Origin: Marsupella aquatica
Taxonomy: Eukaryota; Plantae; Marchantiophyta
Length of the DNA: 64,000 bases
Direction: 5' to 3'
Assembly: GCA_973895155.1 (NCBI GenBank)
Contig: OZ316897.1
Coordinates: 8,827,832-8,891,831, forward strand
The notes under the pieces are model-generated. The model saw only the letters and a program-made list of their open reading frames with translations, searched no databases and was not told the DNA's origin. This document shows, piece after piece, positions 23,733 to 35,039 of the stretch. Position 1 is the first letter of the stretch; each line of letters begins with the position of its first letter. Made by a program: the position numbers and the translations under genes.

Positions 23733-26700
23733 CTAACCGACTGTTTGTGTACAATCATCACCTTGATCCTGATATAGCTCTTTTTCCACGGAAAAACATC
23801 CATCTTCTACTGTGTACCATATCCGCGAACCTCGTCCAATTCTGCTCGGTGCATTTGGTGTCATCAACCATGGTGGCAATGAATTGACAAGATTACGACA
23901 AAAAATGAGCTTTAGTCTTTGCAGTGACGGTAAACTCTTGATGCCGCCTGGAATGCTTGCAACAGAATCAAGGAGAATTTTCAGGTGACGAAGATCCTTC
24001 AAGTCTCCCAAGGAGTTCAGTGTCATGTCCTCAGCCACACGTATCTTCACAAATTGAAGTTTCTTGAGTTGCCGTAAAGATTCGGGCAAAGTGTCCAATG
24101 TGCAATCCATTTTAAGCTCCTCCAAGGCAGCGAGTTGTCCGAAGGTGTCTGGCAAGGTGCGTAATTTGTCGCAGTAGATTAATTCAAGCTGGTTCAAAGA
24201 GGACAGTCCCCCGAATGACTCAGGCAAGGTACTCAAGTTCTCGCAGTTATAAAATGCAAGATGGTTCAAGGAGGACAGTCCCCCGAACGACTCAGGCAAG
24301 GTGCGCAAGTTCTCACAATTCCCAAATCGAAGATGGTTCAAGGAGGACAGTCCCCCGAATGACTCAGGCAAGGTACTCAAGTTCTCGCACTTATAAAATG
24401 CAAGATGGTTCAAGGAGGACAGTCCCCCGAACGACTCAGGCAAGGTGCGCAAGTTCTCGCACACATAAAATGCAAGATGGTTCGAGGAGGACAGTCCCCC
24501 GAACGACTCAGGCAAGGTGCGCAAGTTCTCGCACTCATAAAATTCAAGATGGTTCAAGGAGGACAGTCCCCCGAATGACTCAGGCAAGGTACACAAGTTC
24601 TCGCACTCATTGAATTCAAGATGGTTCAAGGAGGACAGTCCCCCGAATGACTCAGGCAAGGTACGCAAGTTCACGCACGCATAAAATTTAAGATGGTTCA
24701 AGGAGGACAGTCCCCCGAATGAGTCAGGCAAGGTATGCAAGTTCACGCACTCATTGAATTCAAGATGGTTCAAGGAGGACAGTCCCCCGAACGACTCAGG
24801 CAAGGTGCGCAAGTTCTCGCACTCATAAAATTCAAGATGGTTCAAGGAGGACAGTCCCCCGAATGACTCAGGCAAGGTACACAAGTTCTCGCACTCATTG
24901 AATTCAAGATGGTTCAAGGAGGACAGTCCCCCGAACGACTCAGGCAAGGTGCGCAAGTTCTCGCACTCATAAAATTCAAGATGGTTCAAGGAGGACAGTC
25001 CCCCGAATGACTCAGGCAAGGTACACAAGTTCTCGCACTCATTGAATTCAAGATGGTTCAAGGAGGACAGTCCCCCGAATGACTCAGGCAAGGTGCGCAA
25101 GTTCTCACAATTCCGAAATCGAAGATGGTTCAAGGAGGACAGTCCCCCGAATGACTCAGGCAAGGTACTCAAGTTCTCGCACTTAAAAAATTCAAGATAG
25201 TTCAAGGAGGACAGTCCCCCGAATGACTCAGGCAAGGTACGCAAGTTCACGCACGCATAAAATTTAAGATGGTTCAAGGAGGACAGTCCCCCGAATGACT
25301 CAGGCAAGGTACTCAAGTTCTCGCACTCATGAAATTCAAGATCGTTCAAGGAGGACAGTCCCCCGAAGGACTCGGGCAGAGAGGACAATTTCGGACAATC
25401 ATAGAATTCAAGATGGTTCAAGGAGGACAGTCCCCCGAATGACTCAGGCAAGGTACTCAAGTTCTCGCACCTATAAAATTCAAGATGGTTCAAGGAGGAC
25501 AGTCCCCCGAATGACTCAGGCAAGGTACTCAAGTTCTCGCACTCATAAAATTGAAGATGGTTCAAGGTGGACAGTCCCCCGAAGGACTCCGGCAGAGAAT
25601 ACAATTTCGGAGATGATGCTATTACAAGGTGCTGTAAGGAGGACAGTTGCCCAATAGAACTCGGAAGGTGCTCCAAACCTTCTAACTCCAAGTAGGCAAG
25701 ATGACTTTGGAGGGAAGGGTCAAAAAGATTTTGACCAACACATTTGAGTAAAACAAGCTCAGTTGGGAAGGATCCATCTTCCTGAGCTCCATCCATCCTC
25801 ATTGGGACGTTAACTTCCAAGAAACGGAGATTCTTCAGTTTGAGAAGAGCACAGGTTGGAATATTGATCAACAGCTCATCATCGTCATCATCGTCATCAT
25901 CATCACTTGCACTCTCGTCATCATCATCATCATCACTTGCACTCTTGTGCTCCAACCGCAAGGCATACAATTCCTGTAAATAGAAACCACAACTGAGAAT
26001 CAAGAAATCACCTGATACTATTTTATCCCTATCATTGCAAATAAGTAGTTAGACCAGGAAAAATCTGACCTCATCCAGGGTACTCCAGGACCAGGTCCAA
26101 TCCTTCAAATATGCAAGCACAAGCATGGATGTTTGTAGTCTGCTAGTGTGACTGACCTGGAGCTTACCTTTCCATTTAATAGACTTGGAGTTTGTAACAG
26201 CTCCAGACCCTTCTCTCCATCCCAGACCCTCCACTTCCTGGAGTAGCTGGGCTCACACGCAATCTTCCTTCCAAGACTTTGTAGTTGTTCATGTACCTTG
26301 ATTTGCTCATCATCTTTCACGTCATAAACTAGAGACATGTCCACCAAAGTCCCCCAAAGTATCCTTTCAATAGGTGTTTTATAAGCAACCCTCAATACTC
26401 CCAGGACTTTACCCAAAGTCCACTGCCACGACGTGCTGAAAAATGTTGTTACATCCAAAAACATCTGTTGCTCGATTGGTCCCAGACCCTCATAACTAGG
26501 CCTTAGCTTAGCCCAAAGCCTCTCATTCATGTCTTTCACATCCATTGCTTCATCCAAGGCAAGCAAAGTTTGCTTCCAGACATCACAGTTCGATTTCGCT
26601 TTCAGGTACTTCCCAAGAACTTCCAGTGTTAGTGGCAAGCCATCACATTTTCTCACAATGGTTTTCATGATGCTTCCCAACTCTGGCACTGGTACTCCTT

Positions 26701-28739
26701 GACCTGGAAATGCAAAACTTTGGAAAAGTACCATGGCAGCATCGTCTTTGAGGTATGGAACCTCATAGATGTCCCCCCAATGACGTACAAGATTTTGGTC
26801 TCGCGATGTCATAATGAAACGGCTATGTGACCCTGTAAGTTGACCTAATTCTGATAAAATCATGGCATCACGATCAGTAGAGATATCATCTAAACCAAGG
26901 AGCAACTTCTTCCCTTTCAAGTTCTTCCAATCCTCTTCACTTGAGACCTTTCTCCCATGACGATACATCTGACTCCACACTTCTTGTTTCACAGCTTTCT
27001 CATCCCCTTTGATTAGCTTCACATTAAGCACAAAACAAGTATACTCAAATTGTTGGCTCATGCTGTTGAAAATTATCTTGGCAAGGGTGCTTTTGCCCAC
27101 ACCTCCCATTCCCACCAGGCCTAATATTGGAATATTGAACAGCTTCTCGATTATTTCTTCCTTTGGACCATCAATACCAATAATTGAGTCAGGAACAAAT
27201 TGGAAATTCTCAGGAAGTACTGACGTGCCTTGTGCCTGCATTTTAAGAAACAATAGCCAACTGTCAATACCAATTGTATTTTGGGCTTCAAAATACAATC
27301 ATGAAACAGCCTACTTTCCAACTCAATTCAAGATGGCCGCTTGGGCAAAAGGGATGAAAACATCTTACCTTCACGTCACCAACTATTCTGGAGAGAAACG
27401 TCTCTAGCGTATAGAAGCTTCTTTTGGTCTTTGTCATTGGCTTACATATTGTGAAGTGGTCAACTCCATCAACAATATTGAAATTATCTCGTCTTGAAGA
27501 TGCCTCAGGGACTATGAAAACTTCACCTAAGTTTCCCTGCCCAAAACCAACCAACAAATGCAATTGATGAGACCACAATTATGTGAGCCTCTATACTGTG
27601 GCAAAATACTTGAATCCAAATTTGAAGTAATATAAGAGTACTCTTATCATTGTCACTGTCACACATTACTGTTACTACAAATCACTCCATACACTAACGT
27701 TCATTAAACCTCAAGAAGACATGATTGTGAGATTTCGAATTGCAGAGGGACAGCATCTACCAATGTCTCACTTAAACAAAGCACACCACACGGAAGGTAG
27801 TGAGTAGATCTATACCAATCTTGTTGGCATGCTCTCTCCAACTCCCTCCATCTGCAACTTGGGATACATTCTGCATACCCTGTCGAACTTGTGATTCAGC
27901 CTTGCTGCTTCTTTACTCAGAATTTTGAAGTAATCCCGTAGGGGACCGCCACAAAGATCTACTGCTTCCTCTGCAATTGAGCTGCCGTGATGTGGAGTGC
28001 CATAAAAAAATATTCCATTTAGGTTGTTAAGAAAGGTCTGGAGCTTCTCCTTGGTTGGGCCTTTGGTCATACCGAGCAATTCATGGGCTTGGCAGAATAC
28101 TTGCTTAATGACAATGCCCCCAACAGAATGACCAACTAAGATCACCGGACAACCCGGCACTTGCCCAATGTCTGCTTGGAGTAGATCCGAGATGAAGTTT
28201 TCTGCAATGTTGTAGATATCGAAAACACTGTTACGGACACTTTTGCCTACACGCCCATCATATGAAACATACAACACGTGACTGCCTGGGAATTCCTCAA
28301 CCAACCACTCTTGAGGCCACATGCATTTCCCATCCCTGCTTTCCCACGTCCACAAATGTACATTTGTGAAGTTCTGGAATTGCAGCCCATGGAAGAACAA
28401 AAGCTGCATGCTGGCAATGCCCGGCGGTCTGTCAAGCTCATAAAAGGATTCATTTACCTGAGACAAAGGGTCCAAGTAATCAATACTCCCACACAATCTT
28501 GTCATTCAATCCCTCGTTTACATTCAAAGCACAAAATCCCACAGAAGCCAAGACCAGACTAGATCAGGGTCTGGACTGTGCATTACCTCTCGAGCACCTG
28601 CTGTGATTCGCGAAGAAGTAGAAGCTATAGATGTTGTGGTCAATGACGCACGTAGCATGTAGCTCAAGCGTGTGACCCATCGGCTTTTGGAGTTCGCAGG
28701 ATCGTAATAGTTGGCAAGGCCGCGTAGAATGGAAGCCAT
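23733..28739 (-). CDS. NLR-A: alpha/beta-hydrolase-NB-ARC-LRR immune receptor, ~1434 aa, 20 LRR cassettes
   Basis: Exons 28739-28587, 28457-27816, 27536-27369, 27235-26168, 26102-26070 (micro-exon) and 25973-23733, all phase 0. Hydrolase motifs FFHGLQ, WPQEWL, GHSVGG, FYGTPHHGS, DHFTICKP. NB-ARC motifs GMGGVGKS, LLLGLDD, SRFIMTSRD, CDGLPLTL, VHEQL. LRR units LxxLPESFGGLSSLNHLxFxxCxN. Confidence 0.9.
24165..25604 (-). repeat. Coding tandem array of 20 x 72-bp LRR units (NLR-A)
   Basis: Core caagatggttcaaggaggacagtcccccgaa(t/c)gactcaggcaaggt recurs every 72 bp. Confidence 0.97.
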
Positions 28740-29089
28740 GCAGGTAACCGAGTAATTTCGGAGGCTTGCTCTTGATACCGATCAGAGCATGTGCTCGAGA
28801 AGAAACCTGCGCAGCATGAAGAAGGGTTGAGCAGGCTTGTCTTCTCCGGTCCAAAAGGCAGTATGGTCGACCTTAGATGGTGGCCTAAAAGGTGGGACAA
28901 GTTCAATACTTCAAGTGCACATCCGTGAGTAATTCAGTAGTCCCTAGGCGCAAATAGAAATAAAGTACTCTTATCATCTAAATAAAGTACTCTTATCATC
29001 TAATGCGTAGCGTTGCCTGAAACGAGACATAATTTGCTACTAGTGCGTTGGACTAGAAGTTGTCTCATGCTGAAACACGAGACATGACA

Positions 29090-29790
29090 GGTTACACTGC
29101 AAGCCAGGTGCAAATTGCTTTAATGCTCCGTAACATTTAATTCTATCTATTGATATCAAAAGCCTGGAGCACATTTACACGTTCTCCAAACCATTTGATC
29201 AAGACTGTCCACTTAGAGGTCGGAGTTGGAGACCAGAGAAGAGAAACAAAAGCTTCGTGTTTGATGTCCAGAACGAAATCCACTTATGTAGATCTGCACG
29301 AGGGGCAGGAAAGTGAGCATTCAAGCGACATGGACGCTTTGAAGGTATTCAGGTCGTCATTTCGGTTGGTGAATGGAAGTGAGCGAGTCAAAACATTCCA
29401 ACAACCACATGCCATAAGAGAAAATTCAAGGATTTCAAGGGTACACTGCAAGCCAGGCGCAAAGTGCTTTACTGCTCCGTAAGATTTAATTCTATCTATT
29501 GATATCAAAGGCCTGGAGCACATTCACACGTTTTCCAAATCAATCGATCAATACTGTCCACTTAGAGGTAGCAGTTGGAGACCAGAGAAGAGCAACAAAA
29601 GCTTCGTGTTTCATCTCCAGGAACATAAGTCCACTAATTCTAGATCTGGACGAAGGGCAGGAAAGTGAGCATTCAAGCGATATGGAGGCTTTGGAGGTAT
29701 GCAGGTCGTTATACTGGTTGGTGAATGGAGTGAGCGAGTCAAAACATTCCAACAACCACATGCCATAAGAGAAAATTCAAGGATTTCGCC
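29090..29790. repeat. ~350-bp tandem duplication upstream of NLR-A
   Basis: Units begin gg(t/g)tacactgcaagccagg at ~29090 and ~29440; compare ORFs 29150 and 29499. Confidence 0.85.
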
Positions 29791-32700
29791 ATAGAACTTA
29801 CCACTAGGCGAAAAAAGGGTGACTGATACAGAAGTCCACGAAAGCGCTTTTGCAGATATCAGCTTTCCGATTCCAGGAACCAACGCAGCCGAGGCTCAAA
29901 GTTTGTTCACGAAGAGCCACCTTTGGAACGGAGAATCTGACCTGGATGAAGGGGTTCACAGATCTTGTCCGTCACTGATGGATCTGTTCACAACAGAGAA
30001 GCGAAACGAAAGGCGTGTTTGTCGCAGTAGATGATGAATCAGGTCCTCCACATGTGGAAGAAAGGAAAGAAGGTGATCGACCTTTGATAGGTCGGACGCG
30101 ATGCAAAGGAGTCAACAATTCATAATCGTGGAATAACGGTGGGTGAAGTTGAAGTGAGCCAGTGGATGTTTTTTGGCATAACACCAGCCAAAAGATGTAG
30201 AAGATGGTTAATCTCACAGGGCTACCACTGCGAAATGCTGCACAAATTCACAAAAACACATATGCAGATGATCACGCCGAGAGTCCAGGAATCGAAAGGT
30301 GGCGATATTCACAGTTTGTGGGTAACGAGGCTTCCTCGTTGGAACAGAGTCGTGCGTAACGAGGCTTCCTCGTTGGAAAGAGCAGTGCTCCTGGGATGAC
30401 GAGGCGAAGGACGATTGCACAGATCTGGTCACAGAAGAAACTGATGGCTGCAATCAATCAGTAAACGGATCAACAACAATCGTCAAATACCGTGAAATTG
30501 AAGTGAGTCAATGGATGGTACTATGGTAGACCTAGAAGGACACCAGCCTGGAGAGGGAAAACAAGAGCCACCCCACAAAACTCACCACTGCGCATAAACG
30601 GGTCCGCAAGCTACCTCAAAAAATGGAAAGTTGAGAGTCAGAAAGCGGGTTTTAGCACAGTAGAGTCTGCGACGGAAATTTCTAACAATGGAGTGCCGGT
30701 AGATCTGCTCCTTGGAGCTCAAGGAGTCAACAAACAAGGTGAGGAGGGTCCAACCTCGAGAGAGTCGCTTTCCTGAGCAAGCAATACCCAGCATCGGCCA
30801 GTATACACAGAGCAAAGCTTGGTAAGTGGCGAGGGAGCATTCTCCTTTGGAATCTGTGTACATGGGAGGAGGGGGGGCCCATTGGTGAGACGACTATGTT
30901 GCGTTTTGACAAAAATTACAAAGCTATACATCTGCACCGTCTATTGTAAACATTAAAAAATGGCTCATGCCCCTCGTGTGTGCTTTTCTTTTCCTCGTGT
31001 TCCCCTGCTGTAACTTTGGCCGGCGTCAAACTAATCCAGAATAATGGTTCCTTATTATTACTTACTTAATCTTAAATCAGTTGTGTTCACTTTTCACTCT
31101 TGCTCCAGTATTTGTCTTCGACGTGCGACTCGTCAGCAGTAATCTATAGTACATAATTTGGGATGTGAATTTGGTAGCTTTCTCTAAAACGTAGAGGTTG
31201 CAAAACGACTGCAGCTGGGGTCAGTGTGTGTGGACGAATTGGCGTGTTAGAGTTTTCTGCCCTTCGAAAATGAAACTCCACGATTGATTGCGGGGGGAAT
31301 GACTCGGGTTCCGCTCGTCTGCCATGGAAATTTCTGTGCTTCATGTAGACCTAGTTCTGCTCTACATTTGTGACCGACGCCTACTTCGCATTCTGCGGGT
31401 AATACCTGAAAAGCCTGTGCCAAGCTTTATATACAGAAGCCGGATCGAATGGAACATGTTTCTTGCACAGCACTTGAGAGCGTGTGTAGCCCATAAATCC
31501 AGGACTTCCCTGCTCGATTAATCTGGTAGAATGACTTAGCAATCTTCGTCCGAATCTACCCTGGGAGCCATTTCGATCTACATTTTAGAGTTTCACAGTT
31601 CTAGGACAAATGTTACAGCTAAGTCATTGATCTGTAAACAACGAATGGTTTTGAGCTCAATGATCTTAATTACAGCAACATGATCACAGAAATATATTAA
31701 TTTCATACCGCTAAACATTCTGCCTCCTGTTCGAAAGCAACACCGCCCTGTATGGCAGTTCTTGCCTATACCTTGCCCGAAGTTTCTGACCCGCATATCA
31801 AAATCTGTTCCCGGAGTGCTTGAAAGCCAAGTTTGGGGGTTGATTGCCTCAGCAGCACGGGTAAGGAGCTCTCGATCCTTCTACAAACTTTGAAAGATAC
31901 GAAGACTTGATAACCCTGCAGATTTGTCACTGAAAAGAAACCCAACATATTGAGCTGTAACCATATTGTATAAAGAAGTTGGAACGCATCAGAAGACTAA
32001 TCTAAATTGACTAGGTGATGTAGAAGTGCACTGCCGGGGAGTGTGAGAAGAAAACTGAACAGCCAATCGCAACAGAGTACTGTAAAAACCCGAACCAAAC
32101 CAAAAACCAAAACCTGGCTCGACAAGTAGTTTACACTGGGAAATGTCGAGAGAGAAAGGTGTGTGGCTCGGCAACATGAACGTAAACGCTGCGCAGAAAG
32201 GCTCAGGGCTCATCAATGGTAATAAAGTCCGAGATTGTAGACTTCGTACTATAGAAATGAGGGACTCTTAATAGAATCACAAAGGAGATTGAAAGAACTT
32301 GCAGACTTTTTCATATCTCAAATCCGAACTTCTAGTTTATTCTGAATTATCTCAAATGAGAACTCCGAATTTTACTAATGCAAGCACAGTCTTCAATTTC
32401 AATACCACAACAATACCATCCAATGCAAGCAACTCAATTACACTGTTGCCAACGCAGTCTTTGATACAATTCCTCTGACATGTTGCTTCACACCCTGAAA
32501 ATTGGCTAGACATACACTTTCAAGTGATGCAATGATAAGCCCTTTGCGTGAGCTGATAGTGTGTTAAACAAAATGTGTGGATAGTCACGAAAATAAGTTA
32601 CAAATAAATTACAGGTACACAACCAACATTCAAGCTCGACAGAAGTACCTACTTTACGTTGCATATCAAATGCTCCTGGTCCGTTCTTTGGATTCGTAAA

Positions 32701-35039
32701 GGTTACAGAGTGCAGACAAACCATGACACAAACTTAGAAATTTCGATTTGAGATTCCAGACTAATTCCGATTCTCATATCTCTACGTCTATGCACTATCA
32801 TAACAATGCCAGATTGTCGATCAATCAACACTTCCTACGCCCAGAGCACCCCTTCCAACATCACAATCCGACCATGCATCCCATTTACACTCTGGCTAAT
32901 CAATCAATGATTCAGTTCCCTTACGGGCTGCTCGCGTCTTCGCCTTTCAAACTCCATCTCCCAGCCATGAGGTCATTTCAAGCGAACCAGTCATCTAATA
33001 TGATACTACTGCTCACTCGTGCTTCAACGCCACAATATATTCTACTTGAAATGCTCCAATCAGGAAATGAGTAGTTGAGGTCCGCCGATCAAATTGTCTA
33101 AATGATAGATTTTATTTCATTCTAACTTGAAAAGCAATATCCGGGTACAGAGAATTAGTAATCTAGTGGGATACAGCTCACTCATGTTGCCATGACACAA
33201 TAAATTCAATCAGGAAATGAGTAGTTGAGGTTAATCAAGTTGTGCAAATGATATGTGGACAATATTTCTTTCTTGAAAGACACTGTGTTGATCATATATT
33301 CACGTCACCAGGAGAGAAGACGTTTCACAGCCGAAAAAGATGTGCGCAATTTATCTTTCAACCATCGCACAACCCAAGCGGATCAGGAAAGAAACAACTC
33401 GCCCGGGAAAAAGGTCTACGGCCAGGCAAAACGATTGTAGGTGCTTGGTAGAAAGCCGCACCAAGAGTGTAGGTGTGGGCTAGAAGGGCCCGAGGCTCAG
33501 TAATGATAATTAAGTTTGAAATGGTATAGTTCATAGAGTAGAAACAAGGGACTACTAGTATAATTACAAAGGAGACTGAAAGCAGTTGCAGAGTTTTCAT
33601 ATTTCATATGAGAACTCCTGATCTTACTCAATTATTTACAAGTTTGTAATGCACGGTTTGGAATTGGCCTGAGGGTTTTACTTTTGATTTTGCTATTGAA
33701 TTTGCTTGATTGGTTGAGGTGAGTAATTCTAGAAGTTGTCAATACCATTCAAAATAATCACTTCCATCTTGGCGCTGCCCTGTGAGTTAAACTCGCCTGT
33801 GGGTTTTACTATTGGAATTGCTTGTTTAGTTGAGGTTTAGCGGGTGGTAATACCATCCAGCGCACTCACTTTCATCCTAGACATGACAATAGCATCAATG
33901 CAAGCATTTCAATTCCACAGCCATGACAATAGTATCCAATGCAAACACTTCAATTCCACTGTTGCCAAAGCAGTCTTCGATACAATTCCTCTGATGTGTA
34001 ATTGCTTCACATCCTGAAAATTGGCCTAGTAATGACAATAACATCCACTGTAGACAGTCCAATTCCAGTTTTCGTAACGCATTGTTCGATATATTTCCTC
34101 TGATGTGTAATTGCTTCACACCCTGAAAATTGACTGCACATACACTTGCTGGTGGCACACAGGTGATGCAATGATAAGCCCTTTACGTGAGCTGACAATG
34201 TGTTTAACAAAATGGGTGGATAGCCACGAAAATAGCTGCAACTAAAATTACAGGTACACAACCAACATTCCAGCTTGATGGAATTACCAACTTTAAGTTC
34301 CACTAAATCCACCCGTAAAGGTTATAGAGGGCAGACAAACTGACCGAATTCCAGTCAGACTAACTCCGATTCTCATATCCCTACATTTACGTACTGTGAT
34401 AACAATGCCAGATTCCCGATCAATCAACTGCTATACAGAGCACCCTTTCCAAGGTCAGAATCCCACCATGGATCCTACTCACACTCTGGCTGATCAATCA
34501 ATGATTCATGTCCCTTCCGTGCTGCTTGCGTCTTGCCTTTCGTGGTCTTGAAAACTCCATCTCCCAGCGTTGCGTTCGACGGCCCAAGACCTCCTTAGAT
34601 GCTGTGCAAACTGCGCAAAGACCAGCCAGCATTATCGAGTTTTGACCATAGTTCCATTTCAAGCGAACCAGTCATCTAATATGAAACAATTCACTCATGC
34701 TTAACGTCACAATATATTCTACTTGATATGCTCCAATCAGGAAATGAGTAGTTGAGGTCCGACGATCAAATTGTGCAAATGATAGATTACATTGCATACT
34801 AACTTAGAAAGCAATCTCCGGTTCAAGCGCAACAGTAATCTAGTGTAATACAGTTCACCCATGCTGCAACGACGTAATAAGTTCAATCAGGAAAAGAGTA
34901 GATGAGGTTAATCACGTTGTGCAGATGATATGTGGACATCGTTTCGTTCTTGAAACACAATATGTGATCACATGTTCACATACCGGAGCACACATAGTCG
35001 TCAGTCTGCTCCTCCCATTCGAGCTAATGTAGAATGCGC

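Noticed and set aside
24215-24613. Plus-strand repetitive ORFs (MTQARYSSSR...; also 25295, 35372, 46147, 55912-56973)
   Set aside because: Antisense shadows of the LRR arrays.
24165-25604. CRISPR-like pattern of a 46-bp repeat plus a 26-bp variable spacer
   Set aside because: The period is exactly 72 bp in an open LRR reading frame, the 'spacers' are homologous to each other, the context is eukaryotic and there are no cas genes.
27810-28505. ORF-track start MTRLCG... for the hydrolase
   Set aside because: The upstream part shifts frame between paralogs. The conserved acceptor at 28458-28460 shows it is intronic.
31426-31433. TATATAAA on the minus strand as the NLR-A TATA box
   Set aside because: Not conserved in the B and E flanks (cttcatattc), and there is no TSS evidence.
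29150-31950. Many short ORFs upstream of the NLRs (also 39.4-41, 49.6-51.2, 60.3-62.5 kb)
   Set aside because: Frames are broken by indels between diverged paralogs and no domain was recognised; probably leader, intron or promoter sequence.
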